Below are positions 16,075-26,065 of a stretch of 33,350 nt of DNA, piece after piece. The notes under the pieces are model-generated. The model searched no databases, had not been told where the DNA came from, and saw only the letters and a list, made by a program, of their open reading frames with translations. The number at the start of each line of letters is the position of its first letter. Position 1 is the stretch's first letter. Both the position numbers and the translations under genes were made by a program. Source of the DNA: a virus; IMG/VR virus record IMGVR_UViG_3300045988_175829, positions 1 to 33,350 of that record; one strand, 5' to 3'.

Positions 16075-16953
16075 ATGGCAAACGACACAACCAAGGTCGC
16101 GCTCCCGAAGAGCGTGGTCACAACCGTATTGAGCAAGGTGAAGGACGCTTCCACCATCGCGGCGCTCTCGCCGAGCACCCCGCAGAAGTTCGCGGACTCC
16201 ACCTACCTCGTCTTCAACCCGACCGCTGAGGCAGAGGTCATCGCCGAGGGCGCGAAGAAATCCGGTTCCGAGATCTCCACCGACCCCGTCGTGGCGAAGC
16301 GCGTCAAGGTCGTGACGACCACCCGCGTCTCCGACGAGCTGAAGTGGGCGGACGAGGACAACCAGCTCGAAATCGTGAGCAACATCATCGCCGACCAGAC
16401 CGCGGCCATCGGCCGAGCGCTCGACTACGTCGTGTACCACGCGATCAACCCCAAGACCGGCCTGGCGCTCGACGGATACACGGCGCTCACCGCCGGCGCG
16501 AACTCTATCACCGCGACCGACGACCCCTCGACCGATATCGACAGCATGACCGACGCCGTGCTCGACTACGACATCAACGGCTTCGCCCTGTCCCGCAAGC
16601 TCGCGGCAGACTTGCGAAAGCTGCGCGTCCCCGCCACCGGCCTGCGCCTCTATCCCGAGATTCCGCTGTCCCTCGAGGTCGGCAGCATCGATGGCATCCC
16701 CGCAGCCGCGTCCGGCACCGTCAACGGGCGCCTCGCGAAGACCGACACCAAGGTGCTCGGCATCCTCGGCGATTTCAATGCGATCAAGTGGGGCATGGTC
16801 CGCGACATGACGAGCGAGATCATCGAGTTCGGCGACCCCGACAACACCGGCAACGACCTCAAGGGATACAACCAGGTCGCATACCGCACCGAGGCCGTCC
16901 TCGCCTATGCCGTCCTCGACCCCAAGGCCTTCTCCGTCCTCAAGAGCGCCTAG
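16075..16953 (+). CDS. Major capsid protein (HK97-like fold).
   Basis: RBS GAGAAGGAG. 292 aa, downstream of the scaffold gene. Composition is typical of an MCP. Confidence 0.8.
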   Translation: MANDTTKVALPKSVVTTVLSKVKDASTIAALSPSTPQKFADSTYLVFNPTAEAEVIAEGAKKSGSEISTDPVVAKRVKVVTTTRVSDELKWADEDNQLEIVSNIIADQTAAIGRALDYVVYHAINPKTGLALDGYTALTAGANSITATDDPSTDIDSMTDAVLDYDINGFALSRKLAADLRKLRVPATGLRLYPEIPLSLEVGSIDGIPAAASGTVNGRLAKTDTKVLGILGDFNAIKWGMVRDMTSEIIEFGDPDNTGNDLKGYNQVAYRTEAVLAYAVLDPKAFSVLKSA

Positions 16954-16964
16954 GAGGTCCCGAG

Positions 16965-17162
16965 ATGGCTCATTTGGTTCAGAAATTCATCGTTGAGGAC
17001 GCTGACAAGGCGTCCAACATCCTCCCGCAGCACGTGGCGCTCGTGTCTCCCGAGGGCGACGCGCTCGTGCTGCCAAAGAAGGTCGCCAACCCCGGCGCCA
17101 ACCCGACCGTCGCGAAAGTCGTGCAGGCCCTCGTCGACGCCGGAATCATGGAGGCCCAGTAG
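16965..17162 (+). CDS. Small hypothetical head-associated protein, 65 aa.
   Basis: ATG at 16965 with RBS TAGGAGG. Confidence 0.5.
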   Translation: MAHLVQKFIVEDADKASNILPQHVALVSPEGDALVLPKKVANPGANPTVAKVVQALVDAGIMEAQ

Positions 17163-17164
17163 CC

Positions 17165-17563
17165 ATGACCTCGTTCGCCAGCGTCGACGACTACAAGGCC
17201 CGCTACGGCGAGCCTGCGGACAGCGACCGCACCGGGCTGCTGCTTGAGGACGCATCCGCCCTGCTACTCTCGGCCTACGAGGGCTTCTGGGGCGAGGACT
17301 ACGCCGAGGGGGCGCACAGTGCGTTCGATCGCGCAGCGTGCGCCGTGGCGTGCATGGTGGTCAACCGCGTTCTCACGGCACCTGCGGCCTTCGCTGGTGC
17401 CACCCAGTTGAGCCAAGGGGCCGGGGGCTACACCGCCTCCGTCTCCTACGGCTCGGCGCTCGGCGAGATGTATCTCGGCAAGGCGGACCTTAAGCGCCTC
17501 GGCCTCGATGCGCAGCGCATGCGCGTCCTGACCCCAATCGAGCGTGACGAGGTGGCGGGATGA
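17165..17563 (+). CDS. Head-tail connector (gp6-like adaptor) protein.
   Basis: 132 aa. Its position and N-terminal motif DDYKARYGE are typical of phage head-tail connector proteins. Confidence 0.55.
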   Translation: MTSFASVDDYKARYGEPADSDRTGLLLEDASALLLSAYEGFWGEDYAEGAHSAFDRAACAVACMVVNRVLTAPAAFAGATQLSQGAGGYTASVSYGSALGEMYLGKADLKRLGLDAQRMRVLTPIERDEVAG

Positions 17564-17901
17564 ACCTTATCCAGGGTGAGACCGTGACCGTGATACGCAC
17601 GGAGAAGGTATTGGACGAGCTGGGCGAGCCGATGGAGGCCGGGGCCGACGTTATGGAGACCGTGGCCGACGTCGTGGTCGCACCAGGAGCAACAGCCGAC
17701 TTGGACGCATCGCGCCCGGAAGGCGTGACGGTCGCCTACACGCTGGGCTTCCCGAAGACCTACACCGGCGAGCTGAAGGGCTGCGCGGTGGAGGTTCGCG
17801 GGGAGCGCTTCCGAGTGGTAGGCGACCCGCAGCGCTACACCGAGGCCAACACGCCCGGCCCTTGGAACTGCACCGTGGAGGTGACCCGTACCGATGGCTA
17901 A
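17560..17901 (+). CDS. Head closure / head-tail joining protein.
   Basis: 113-aa ORF with ATGA coupling, in the canonical position. Confidence 0.5.
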   Translation: MNLIQGETVTVIRTEKVLDELGEPMEAGADVMETVADVVVAPGATADLDASRPEGVTVAYTLGFPKTYTGELKGCAVEVRGERFRVVGDPQRYTEANTPGPWNCTVEVTRTDG

Positions 17902-18190
17902 ATGCAGCGTGAGACTGAAGGATTACAAGTCCAAGCGCTCCGGGTATAGCGAGATTCTGGACAGCGGCGCTGTCCAGGCGCTGTGCGAGGCACCGGCCAG
18001 GGCCATCGCCGCCGAATGCAACGCTTCGTTCACCAAGGGCACCGGCGAGCTTGGCACCGGATACCGCGTGTTCCGCTCTAAGGGCAAGCTGGCGCAGTAC
18101 TGCGGCGTGGCCACGGGCACCCCGCACGCCTACAGCAGCGAGCTTATCCACAACCGCCTCAAGTCGGCGCTCGATTCGAGGAAGCAATGA
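17894..18190 (+). CDS. Neck / tail completion protein (hypothetical).
   Basis: 98-aa ORF in the head-tail gene block. Confidence 0.45.
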   Translation: MAKCSVRLKDYKSKRSGYSEILDSGAVQALCEAPARAIAAECNASFTKGTGELGTGYRVFRSKGKLAQYCGVATGTPHAYSSELIHNRLKSALDSRKQ

Positions 18191-18531
18191 TGGACGTTGA
18201 GCGCGTGGTGGCCAAGCGCCTTATGGATGCCACCGGAATCAGGGCCGTGCTCGAAGTGCCCGAGGAGCGCCCGGAAGAGTTCCTTTCCGTGGAGCTTACG
18301 GGCACCGGCACCGGCCTTTACCCAAAGACCTGCTCGCTGGCCGTCCAGTCGTGGGCCAAGACCCGCAGGCGGGCGGCTGAAATCGCGGGGCTGGTGGAGG
18401 TCGCCATCTACGAGTTGACCGAGGAGCCGAACGTCTTCAAGGCCGTCCCGGACGGCACCTACCGATGGCCAGACCCGGATTCGAGGCAGGAGAGATACCA
18501 GACGAACGCAGAGCTGACGATCTGCGAGTAA
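18187..18531 (+). CDS. Tail terminator-like protein.
   Basis: 114-aa ORF immediately upstream of the major tail protein gene. Confidence 0.45.
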   Translation: MMDVERVVAKRLMDATGIRAVLEVPEERPEEFLSVELTGTGTGLYPKTCSLAVQSWAKTRRRAAEIAGLVEVAIYELTEEPNVFKAVPDGTYRWPDPDSRQERYQTNAELTICE

Positions 18532-18541
18532 GGAGAAGGAA

Positions 18542-19129
18542 ATGGCAGGAACCAACAAAGAGTACACGTCGAACAGCACGGACAACGTCTCCAGCACCAA
18601 GGGCGTGCGCGGGGGCTACATCTTCGTCGCCCCCACGGGAACCGCGCTCCCCACCGACTACAGCACGGCGCTGCCCACCGCCTACAAGTGCCTCGGGTTC
18701 ATCTCTGAGGACGGCTACGTCGAGACGGTCGACAGCGATTCCGAGGACCTCGTCGATATGAACGGCGACCTGATGGACAGCCCGCAGACCTCCCGCGTGG
18801 AGTCGGCTCAGCTGACCCTCGCCGAGATCAAGGCCATGACGCTCAAGCTCATGTACGGCGACGAGAACGTGACCGACAAGGCGGGCGTCATCACGGTAAA
18901 GCACAACGGCAACTCGAACGGCACGTGGGTCGTCGTCCTCGACCTGCTCCTGAAGAACAACCGCAAGTGGCGCAAGGTCGTGCCGCTGTTCCAGTGCTCG
19001 GAGCTGGACGATTTGACGCTCGCGGTCGGAGAGCTTGCAGCCCGCGCCCTCACGGCCAAGTACCTGACCGACGGGGACGGCAACACCTGCTACGACTACA
19101 TCCAGTCCACCGAGACCAACGCCGCCTAG
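18542..19129 (+). CDS. Major tail protein.
   Basis: 195 aa with RBS AGGAGAAGGAAATG. It lies upstream of the chaperone and TMP genes. The Ser/Thr-rich N-terminal composition is typical of siphovirus major tail proteins. Confidence 0.7.
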   Translation: MAGTNKEYTSNSTDNVSSTKGVRGGYIFVAPTGTALPTDYSTALPTAYKCLGFISEDGYVETVDSDSEDLVDMNGDLMDSPQTSRVESAQLTLAEIKAMTLKLMYGDENVTDKAGVITVKHNGNSNGTWVVVLDLLLKNNRKWRKVVPLFQCSELDDLTLAVGELAARALTAKYLTDGDGNTCYDYIQSTETNAA

Positions 19130-19137
19130 GAGGGGAC

Positions 19138-19434
19138 ATGAAGGAAATCACTTTCACCGTTGACGGCGTGGATGGCGAGTTCGTCTGCGACGCGGACGAG
19201 CTGAAGAGCTACAAGACCGCCAAGCAGCTGGCACGCGCCGATGAGGACTTCTCCCTCTCGTTCGACGTGATGGAGCGCGTGTTCATGGGCAACGACGAGG
19301 AGTACATCGAGCGCCTTGGCGGCAGCGTCGACCGCCTGAACGACCTTCTGGCCGCTGCGCTCGACGCGGTTGGCGAGGACGCAAAAAACTCGTCGGCTTC
19401 GCCTCAGACCTCGAAGCCCACAGAGGCGAAGTAA
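19138..19434 (+). CDS. Tail assembly chaperone (gpG-like).
   Basis: ATG at 19138 with RBS GGAGGGGAC. 98-aa acidic protein between the major tail and TMP genes. It contains a slippery site near its 3' end. Confidence 0.7.
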   Translation: MKEITFTVDGVDGEFVCDADELKSYKTAKQLARADEDFSLSFDVMERVFMGNDEEYIERLGGSVDRLNDLLAAALDAVGEDAKNSSASPQTSKPTEAK

Positions 19435-19787
19435 TAGCGGATTTCCAGCAGTTCTACGGCATCGCCCTCCCGTTGGAGGGCGGGCCGCAGGACTGTAGGC
19501 GCATGGCACTGCTCTGGAAGCCCCCCCCCGCCGATTCGAGGACTGCCCGCAGGCAGTGTCCAGAGCTTGAGTGGGGCGTGGAGGCGTACCTGCTCCGATT
19601 GATCGAGAACGAGCTGGCGGGGCTCGTCTGGGGCATGGCAGACACCAAGAAGAGGCCTCCCAAGCCGCCCGAGCCGGTGAAGATGCCCGGGGAGCTGGCG
19701 GAGGCGAGGGCGCACAGGGACAACGCCCTGCGCGACAAGGAAGAGATTACGAGGCTCTTGGGATTGGATGGCATGGTAGATGGCTAA
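19138..19787 (+). CDS. Tail assembly chaperone -1 frameshift product (gpGT-like), produced by slippage at 19383-19389.
   Basis: The -1 frame is open from 19245 to 19787 and overlaps the TMP start. The frameshifted extension contains an FQQFYGI motif typical of T domains. Confidence 0.6.
19383..19389 (+). promoter_or_regulatory. Programmed -1 ribosomal frameshift slippery heptamer A_AAA_AAC, with a downstream hairpin at 19395-19418.
   Basis: The heptamer is in the X_XXY_YYZ register of the chaperone frame. The stem GGCTTCG/CGAAGCC starts 5 nt downstream. Confidence 0.65.
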
Positions 19788-22503
19788 CGTCGGAACCGCA
19801 TACGTGGCGATCATGCCGTCCATGGATGGCTTCGCGAAGGCGATATGCAAGGACTTCGGCAGCGCGGGCAGCTCCGCCGGCAAGACCTTCGGCGACGGCC
19901 TGTCCAGCGGCACCGAGAAGGGTACCTCCAAGTCGAAGAGTTCCCTCTCTAACCTCGCGGCAACGGCCAAAGACCAAGCGGGCTACATGGGCCTCGCCTT
20001 CGAGGAGTCGGGGGCGAGGCTCAAGGCCGCGATAACGCAGAGCGGAGCGTGGCAGACCCTGACGGGCTACGCCACCAGCGCATCGAACGGCATCAAGAGC
20101 GCCTTCGCCGGAATCAAGGAGGGCATTTCCTCCAAGCTCTCCGGGGTGGGGTCTGCGGTGAAGGCTGGCCTCTCCAATGTGGGAAGCATCGGCAGCACCG
20201 TCATGACGACGGCGGCGTCGATGATCCCCGCACCGTTGAAGTCCATGGCATCCACCGTGGGCACCATCCTTTCCCCTATAGCCTCCACCGCCAAGGCCGC
20301 CCTCGCGCCCATGGCATCGGCCTTGGGGCAGGCCGGTACCGAGGCGGCTTCGAGGCTGAAGGAGGGAATCTCCAATGCAGCAGGCCACGTGACCGACGCG
20401 CTGGCAACCGCAGCCAAGGCGGCGGGTGTCGGCGCTGCGGCGGTGGTCGCGGCGGTAACAGCTGTAACGGGCGCGGTGCTGGGCAACTATGCCGACTACG
20501 AGCAACTTGTTGGCGGCGTCGACAAGCTCTTCGGCAGCGCGTCCGGTAAGCTCCAGTCCTACGCGGCGGAGGCCTACCGCACGAGCGGTTTGAGCGCGAA
20601 CCAGTACATGGAGCAGGCCACGAGCTTCTCCTCGAGCCTGATCAAGTCCCTCGGCGGGGACACCGAGAAGGCGGCCGATTACGCCAACCTCGCCATGACG
20701 ACCATGAGCGACAACGTGAACGTATTCGGCTCCAACATGGGGGACGTGCAGAACGCCTTCCAGGGTTTCGCCAAGCAGAATTACACCATGTTGGACAACT
20801 TGAAGTTGGGCTACGGCGGAACGCAGTCCGAGATGCAGCGCCTCATCGCGGACGCCAACAAGCTCCCCGGCGTGATGCGCGATGGCTCCGACCTCACCAT
20901 CGACTCCTACGCCGACGTGGTGGAGGCCATCGCCCGCGTGCAGCAGGCGCAGGGTATCGCAGGCACCACCGCCAAGGAGGCGGCCTCTACCATCTCCGGC
21001 TCCGTCGGCATGGCAAAGGCCGCGTGGGGGAACTTCCTCACCGCCCTGGGCCGCGACGACGTGGACTTCTCGAAGGTAACCACGCAGCTCCTGGAGTCAA
21101 TCGGAGCCGTGGCGACCAACGTGGCCCCGCGCGTGGCGACAATCGGCGCGAACATCATCGCGGCCTTCCCAGCGGCCCTCTCCGGGCTTGCAGGCATCCT
21201 CGCGCCCATCGTGTCCGAGGCCCTTGCTGCGGCTTGGAACATCGCCGCGCAGGCGCTTTCCTCCGTTGGCATCAAGCTGCCCAGCGTGGACGCCTCGCAG
21301 ATTCTCGGCGCCTTCCAGTCAATCGCGGACTTCGTGACCGGGACGCTCGCCCCGGCCTTCGCGCCCGTGGCGCAGGCGCTGGGCAACTTCGCCTCCACGG
21401 TGGGGCCGATGCTGCTCCCCATAATCCAGCAGCTGGCCGGGGTTCTGGGCGGCGTGGCGCCCATCATCGCCGCCATCATGACCGCCGTCCTCGGCGTGTG
21501 CACCCAGATAGCGTCATTCGTCATGCCCATCATCACGCAGATCCTGGCCTTTATCAACGCGAACATGCCTCTGATCCAGCAGGTGGTGACCACGGTGATG
21601 AACGCCATCCAGCTGGCCATAACCCTGGCGCTCGGTGTCATCCAGGCCGTGTGGAACGCCGTCTGGCCGGCGATCAAGGCGGTCATCGACGCCGTCTGGC
21701 CGCTCATCAGCACCGCCATCAGCACCGCCATGACCGTCATCCAGGACGTCATCAACATCGTCATGGCCGCGATCAGCGGCGACTGGAGCGGGGTCTGGAA
21801 CGGCATCAAGCAGCTCGCCTCCGACATCTGGAACGGCATCAAGTCGCTGGTCTCCGGCGCCATCAACGCAGTCTCCTCGACCATCTCGAGCGTCACGGGC
21901 TCGATTAAATCGGCGTGGGACAGCGCCTGGAGTTCCGTCAAGTCGTTCTTCAGCGACATCTGGAACGGCATCAAGAGCGCGGCCTCGGATGGCGTGAGCG
22001 CTGTCTACAACACGGTGACGGGCATCAAGGACAAGATTCTCGGCTTCTTCGCGGGGGCCGGGTCTTGGCTGGTCGAGTCGGGCAGGTCCATCCTGAACGG
22101 CCTCAAGGACGGCATCATGGGGGCCATCGGCTCCGTCACGTCCACGATCTCGGGTGCGCTCAAGGGCATCCGCGACCTGTTCCCGTTCTCCCCCGCCAAG
22201 GAGGGGCCGTTCTCGGGCCACGGCTGGGTGCTCTACTCGGGCATCTCCATCGCCGAGGCGCTCGGCGAGGGCTTCGCGCGGGCCGTACCGGGCGCCGTCG
22301 GCGACTTCGAGGCGGGAATGTCCCGCCTGTCGGGCGTCACGTCCATGGCGGCGCCCGGCATCACGGCCAGCCCGCGCGCGGTCGCGGCAGGCCCGTCCTA
22401 CACCTTCTACATCGACGGCGCGCAGGTCGCGGACGACGAGCGCCTCGCGTCAGCGCTCATGGCGGTCGCAGAGCGCGTCAAGGCCAGGAAGGGGATGAGG
22501 TAG
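19780..22503 (+). CDS. Tape measure protein.
   Basis: 907 aa, rich in Ala and Gly, with internal repeats (DIWNGIKS twice). Canonical position after the chaperone gene. Confidence 0.9.
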   Translation: MANVGTAYVAIMPSMDGFAKAICKDFGSAGSSAGKTFGDGLSSGTEKGTSKSKSSLSNLAATAKDQAGYMGLAFEESGARLKAAITQSGAWQTLTGYATSASNGIKSAFAGIKEGISSKLSGVGSAVKAGLSNVGSIGSTVMTTAASMIPAPLKSMASTVGTILSPIASTAKAALAPMASALGQAGTEAASRLKEGISNAAGHVTDALATAAKAAGVGAAAVVAAVTAVTGAVLGNYADYEQLVGGVDKLFGSASGKLQSYAAEAYRTSGLSANQYMEQATSFSSSLIKSLGGDTEKAADYANLAMTTMSDNVNVFGSNMGDVQNAFQGFAKQNYTMLDNLKLGYGGTQSEMQRLIADANKLPGVMRDGSDLTIDSYADVVEAIARVQQAQGIAGTTAKEAASTISGSVGMAKAAWGNFLTALGRDDVDFSKVTTQLLESIGAVATNVAPRVATIGANIIAAFPAALSGLAGILAPIVSEALAAAWNIAAQALSSVGIKLPSVDASQILGAFQSIADFVTGTLAPAFAPVAQALGNFASTVGPMLLPIIQQLAGVLGGVAPIIAAIMTAVLGVCTQIASFVMPIITQILAFINANMPLIQQVVTTVMNAIQLAITLALGVIQAVWNAVWPAIKAVIDAVWPLISTAISTAMTVIQDVINIVMAAISGDWSGVWNGIKQLASDIWNGIKSLVSGAINAVSSTISSVTGSIKSAWDSAWSSVKSFFSDIWNGIKSAASDGVSAVYNTVTGIKDKILGFFAGAGSWLVESGRSILNGLKDGIMGAIGSVTSTISGALKGIRDLFPFSPAKEGPFSGHGWVLYSGISIAEALGEGFARAVPGAVGDFEAGMSRLSGVTSMAAPGITASPRAVAAGPSYTFYIDGAQVADDERLASALMAVAERVKARKGMR

Positions 22504-24734
22504 TGTCCTCCTACGATCACGACCTTTCCATCTGGATCACAGAGGTATCCGCGACGGGCTTCCGCGTCAACGGCCGCGTGAAGCTCGGACGGAATTCCTA
22601 CAACGCCAGCGGCTTCCACGTCGAGACTGGCGTGAGCGGCTACGGCTCGCGCGGCCACACCGCCAGCATCGGCACCAGGGGCGGCAGCTACGATTTCAGC
22701 GACTACTACTCCGTCGGCACGTCCTACGACGCCAGGAGCTTCAGCTGCCACGTGTCGGCAGACCTCAGCTGGTCGAGCAACGGCACCAACACGGGCAACC
22801 CCGTCTACGCCACGGCGTGGACTCCCGCGAGCGAGTACAACCAGCCCTATCCGCCCAAGAACCCCGCAGTTGCCCGCGTCTCGGACACCCAGGCGAAGGT
22901 CACGTGGGGGAGCAACTACGACAACGCCTCCGGCCGTCACTGGCACAAGGTCTACGTCGAGCGCTCCACGGATGGCGGCGGATACTCGCAGATCGCCGCC
23001 CTGAATTGGGACGTCACCAACTACATCGACAACGGCGTGAGCGCGAACCATTCGTACGCCTACAGGCTCCGCGCGGCGAACACCAAGTACAGCGATTACG
23101 TGACGGCGGGCACGGTGTACAACACACCCGCAGCGCCGAGGTCGGTCGCGGCCTCGCTCGTCTCTGCCGGCACCGTGCGCGTGGACGCCGACGTGACCAA
23201 CGTCAACACCGCCACCTCGTACGCCATCGAGCGCAGCGTGGGCGGCGGGGAGTGGGCGAAGGTCTCAGAGGTCGCGTCCTTCCCCTACGACGACACCGGC
23301 GCGGCCGGCATGGTCTCCTACCGAGTGCAGGCGCTGCGCGGCCCGCTCGCGAGCGCATGGGCGGTATCCGACCGGATAGCGGCCATCACGCCCCCGCTTG
23401 CGCCCAAGGTCGCGCTCGCGGCGGCGGTCATGCCCGTCGGCGGCGGAGTGGGAGTGTCGTGGACGCCCAACCACCCCGACGGCTCCGCGCAGGAGGCCGC
23501 GCAGGTCGGCTACACGGTCGACGGCGGCACCGAGGCCGTGCTGGGCGTGGAGGGCGCGGCGGCGTCTGCCGTCATCCCGGATGACGGGACTCCGCACTCG
23601 TGGTCCGTGCGCGTCCGCACCAAGGGCGCGCACGAGGACTGGGGCGCGTGGTCCGCACCGGCGCTCTGCGCCACCGCCGTCCCTCCGCAGGTCGTCATCA
23701 CGCGCCCCGCGTCGGACGACGACGTGATGTCCGAGCTGCCGTTCTCCATCGAGTGGCAGGTCTCGCCCGAGACCCCCGACGCCTCCACCACGGTGCGCGT
23801 CACGGCGGGCGCGGCGTCGTACAGCGCCCAGCTGCCCGCAGGCGCCAGGTCGCTCTCCATCGGGCGCGACAGCCTCTTCCCGGCGAGCGGGGAGGTCATG
23901 ACCGTCGCGCTCGAGGTCGTGGGCACCTCGACGCTCCGCACGACCGCAGAGCGCACCTGCTCCGTGGAGTACGCAGCCCCCGCCGTCCCGGCCGCCGAGG
24001 CGGTCGTGGGCGGTCTGCTGTCGGTGTCCGTCACCGTGCGCTTCGGCGGCGACGGGTGGAGCGTGGTCGGCACGGGCCTCGTCTCGCCCGAGTACGAGGT
24101 GGAGGATGACGCGATCCCCATCAGCGCGGGCGCGGAGGTGGTAGACGGCGCGGCCGAGATAGGCGACACCGCAGCCACCGAGAGCGTGGACGTGGTGCGC
24201 GTCATGCCCGACGGCTCCCAGTGGGTGGTCGCCGACGGCATGGCCGACGGCGAGTCGTGCATCGACCCGCTGCCGCCCATCAACACCGACTACAGCTACC
24301 TCGTCGTTGCCCGCGCCCAGTCGGGCGCCGTCTCCACGCTCACCGTCCCCATGAGGGTCGAGAGCCGCTGCTGGGCCGTCAACTTCGGCCCGGCGGCGCA
24401 GGGCGGGCGGCTGTTCGAGCTGTCCCCGTCGTCCAGCGTGGACGTGTCCCGCACGGGCGAGCTGCTACGCTTCGCGGGCGGCGGGCTGCCGATGTTCTAC
24501 GGCGACGGCGGCGTCAGCTCAAAGATGTCGCTCGGCTTCAAGCTGCTCAGCGCGTCCGAGGTCACGGAGGTCGAGTCGATGTTCCGCGAGCACGCCGTGG
24601 CGTGGCTGCGCGACCCGATGGGCCGCAGGCTCCGCGCGAGGGTGTCTGTCGGCACGTCGATGGTCGTGAGGGACCTCCACTCGGTGTCCATCGACGCCGA
24701 GGAGGTCAGGTGGATGGAGGCCGCGAATGGCTGA
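22503..24734 (+). CDS. Distal tail protein (Dit)-like protein with an FN3-like domain insertion.
   Basis: GTG at 22503 overlaps the TMP stop (taGTG). The long track ORF 21915..24734 is open upstream only because of high GC. FN3-like repeats are present (PAVARVSDTQAKVTWG, AAPRSVAASLVSAGTVRVDADVTN), and the C-terminal region is siphovirus tail-component-like. Confidence 0.55.
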   Translation: MSSYDHDLSIWITEVSATGFRVNGRVKLGRNSYNASGFHVETGVSGYGSRGHTASIGTRGGSYDFSDYYSVGTSYDARSFSCHVSADLSWSSNGTNTGNPVYATAWTPASEYNQPYPPKNPAVARVSDTQAKVTWGSNYDNASGRHWHKVYVERSTDGGGYSQIAALNWDVTNYIDNGVSANHSYAYRLRAANTKYSDYVTAGTVYNTPAAPRSVAASLVSAGTVRVDADVTNVNTATSYAIERSVGGGEWAKVSEVASFPYDDTGAAGMVSYRVQALRGPLASAWAVSDRIAAITPPLAPKVALAAAVMPVGGGVGVSWTPNHPDGSAQEAAQVGYTVDGGTEAVLGVEGAAASAVIPDDGTPHSWSVRVRTKGAHEDWGAWSAPALCATAVPPQVVITRPASDDDVMSELPFSIEWQVSPETPDASTTVRVTAGAASYSAQLPAGARSLSIGRDSLFPASGEVMTVALEVVGTSTLRTTAERTCSVEYAAPAVPAAEAVVGGLLSVSVTVRFGGDGWSVVGTGLVSPEYEVEDDAIPISAGAEVVDGAAEIGDTAATESVDVVRVMPDGSQWVVADGMADGESCIDPLPPINTDYSYLVVARAQSGAVSTLTVPMRVESRCWAVNFGPAAQGGRLFELSPSSSVDVSRTGELLRFAGGGLPMFYGDGGVSSKMSLGFKLLSASEVTEVESMFREHAVAWLRDPMGRRLRARVSVGTSMVVRDLHSVSIDAEEVRWMEAANG

Positions 24735-25800
24735 TTGGCTGGCGGAGTTCGACGCCTCGTACCGCTTCATGCGCGTTGACCGCGCCACTGGCGCCGAGGT
24801 CTCCGAGCTGGAGGGATTCGAGGGCGGCGGCTCCATCTCCCGCAACCTCGACACCGACGTATACGAGAGCGCTTCGGCGACGTGCGAGGGCGGCCTCGAC
24901 GTGGGCGCCGACCTCGTTCGCGTCTACCTGGACGCCGACTTCGGCGGCGAGGTTGAGCGCGTGGCATTGGGCACCTTCGTCCCGAGCGTGCCCAAGCGCG
25001 ACGTGTCGAGCGAGGTTGACCGCGCCAGCGTGTCGATGCAGGGCAGGCTGTCAGAGCTGGCCGAGGATGCGTTCGACGCGCCGTTCTCACTTCCCGCGGG
25101 GTCAGACCCCGTTGCGGAGGCTGCGGCGATATGCCGAGCGTGCGGGCTGGCCGTTTCGGCAGACGTGAGCGCCTACAGGCTCTCCACCGCGTGGACGTTC
25201 GGCCTGTCCGAGACGAGCGACGGCGAGGGCGGCAGCAAGCTCAAGGCCGTCAACGCCCTGCTCGGCATCGCCGGCTTCGCATCGGCCGTCACCGACCCGA
25301 TGGGCACCGTGCTCATGCGCAGGTACGCGGAGCCTGATGCCCGCCCCCTCGCCGCCGAGTGGCGCGAGGGCGCAGACGCGAGGTTCCTGGACGAGTGCGT
25401 GGACGAGCGCGACGCCAGCGGCGTGGCGAACGTCGTGCGCGCGGTCTACGAGACGCCAGAGGCGACCGTCATCGGCGTTGCCGTCGACGACGACCCGGGC
25501 AGCCCGTACTCCACCGCAGCAATAGGGCGCAGGCGCGTCAAGGAGTACAAGTACGACGACGAGGTTACGCAGGCCGAGGCCGACGCTGAGGCCGCGAGGC
25601 TGCTGGCCGAGCAGGCGTCCGTGACCAGGCGCGTGACCGTCTCGCACGTCTACGCGCCCCACGTGGCGTGCTACGACGCGGTCACGTTCGCATATCGCGG
25701 CATAGGCGGCAGGTTCGCCGTGCGCACGCAGGATTTGACCCTCGGGGCGGGCTGCATGGTCCGCGCCGAGCTCAGGAGATTCGAGAGGGCGGCGAGATAG
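24727..25800 (+). CDS. Tail-associated (Tal-like) baseplate hub protein.
   Basis: 357 aa, immediately after the Dit-like gene. Confidence 0.45.
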   Translation: MADWLAEFDASYRFMRVDRATGAEVSELEGFEGGGSISRNLDTDVYESASATCEGGLDVGADLVRVYLDADFGGEVERVALGTFVPSVPKRDVSSEVDRASVSMQGRLSELAEDAFDAPFSLPAGSDPVAEAAAICRACGLAVSADVSAYRLSTAWTFGLSETSDGEGGSKLKAVNALLGIAGFASAVTDPMGTVLMRRYAEPDARPLAAEWREGADARFLDECVDERDASGVANVVRAVYETPEATVIGVAVDDDPGSPYSTAAIGRRRVKEYKYDDEVTQAEADAEAARLLAEQASVTRRVTVSHVYAPHVACYDAVTFAYRGIGGRFAVRTQDLTLGAGCMVRAELRRFERAAR

Positions 25801-26055
25801 ATGGATGTGAATACGACGCTGCTGGCCGTCGGCGACATGATCTACGACGGCTCCGCGCGGCCAGCCGTGCCCGTCCCGACGGTCAGGTACGGCGACGTGC
25901 TGGCCGTCGGCGAGAGGACGATGGACGTGCGCGTGGGAGGGGCGAGGCTCGACGGCCTGCCCATGATGGCGCACTGCTCGGGGGCGTCGGTCGGGGACCG
26001 CGCGCGCGTGGTCACGGTCGGTGCGGAATCTGTCGTCGACGGGATACTGGCATAG
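25801..26055 (+). CDS. Small tail-associated hypothetical protein.
   Basis: 84-aa ORF in the tail-tip block. Confidence 0.4.
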   Translation: MDVNTTLLAVGDMIYDGSARPAVPVPTVRYGDVLAVGERTMDVRVGGARLDGLPMMAHCSGASVGDRARVVTVGAESVVDGILA

Positions 26056-26065
26056 GAGGTCATGC

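Noticed and set aside
20907-21974. 355-aa minus-strand ORF and several + frame alternative ORFs inside the tape measure gene.
   Set aside because: The TMP reading frame is continuous for 907 aa with typical composition. The other frames are low-complexity artefacts.
21915-22502. Upstream extension of the Dit-like ORF back to 21915.
   Set aside because: It overlaps the last 590 nt of the TMP gene in another frame. The GTG at 22503 overlapping the TMP stop is the natural coupled start.
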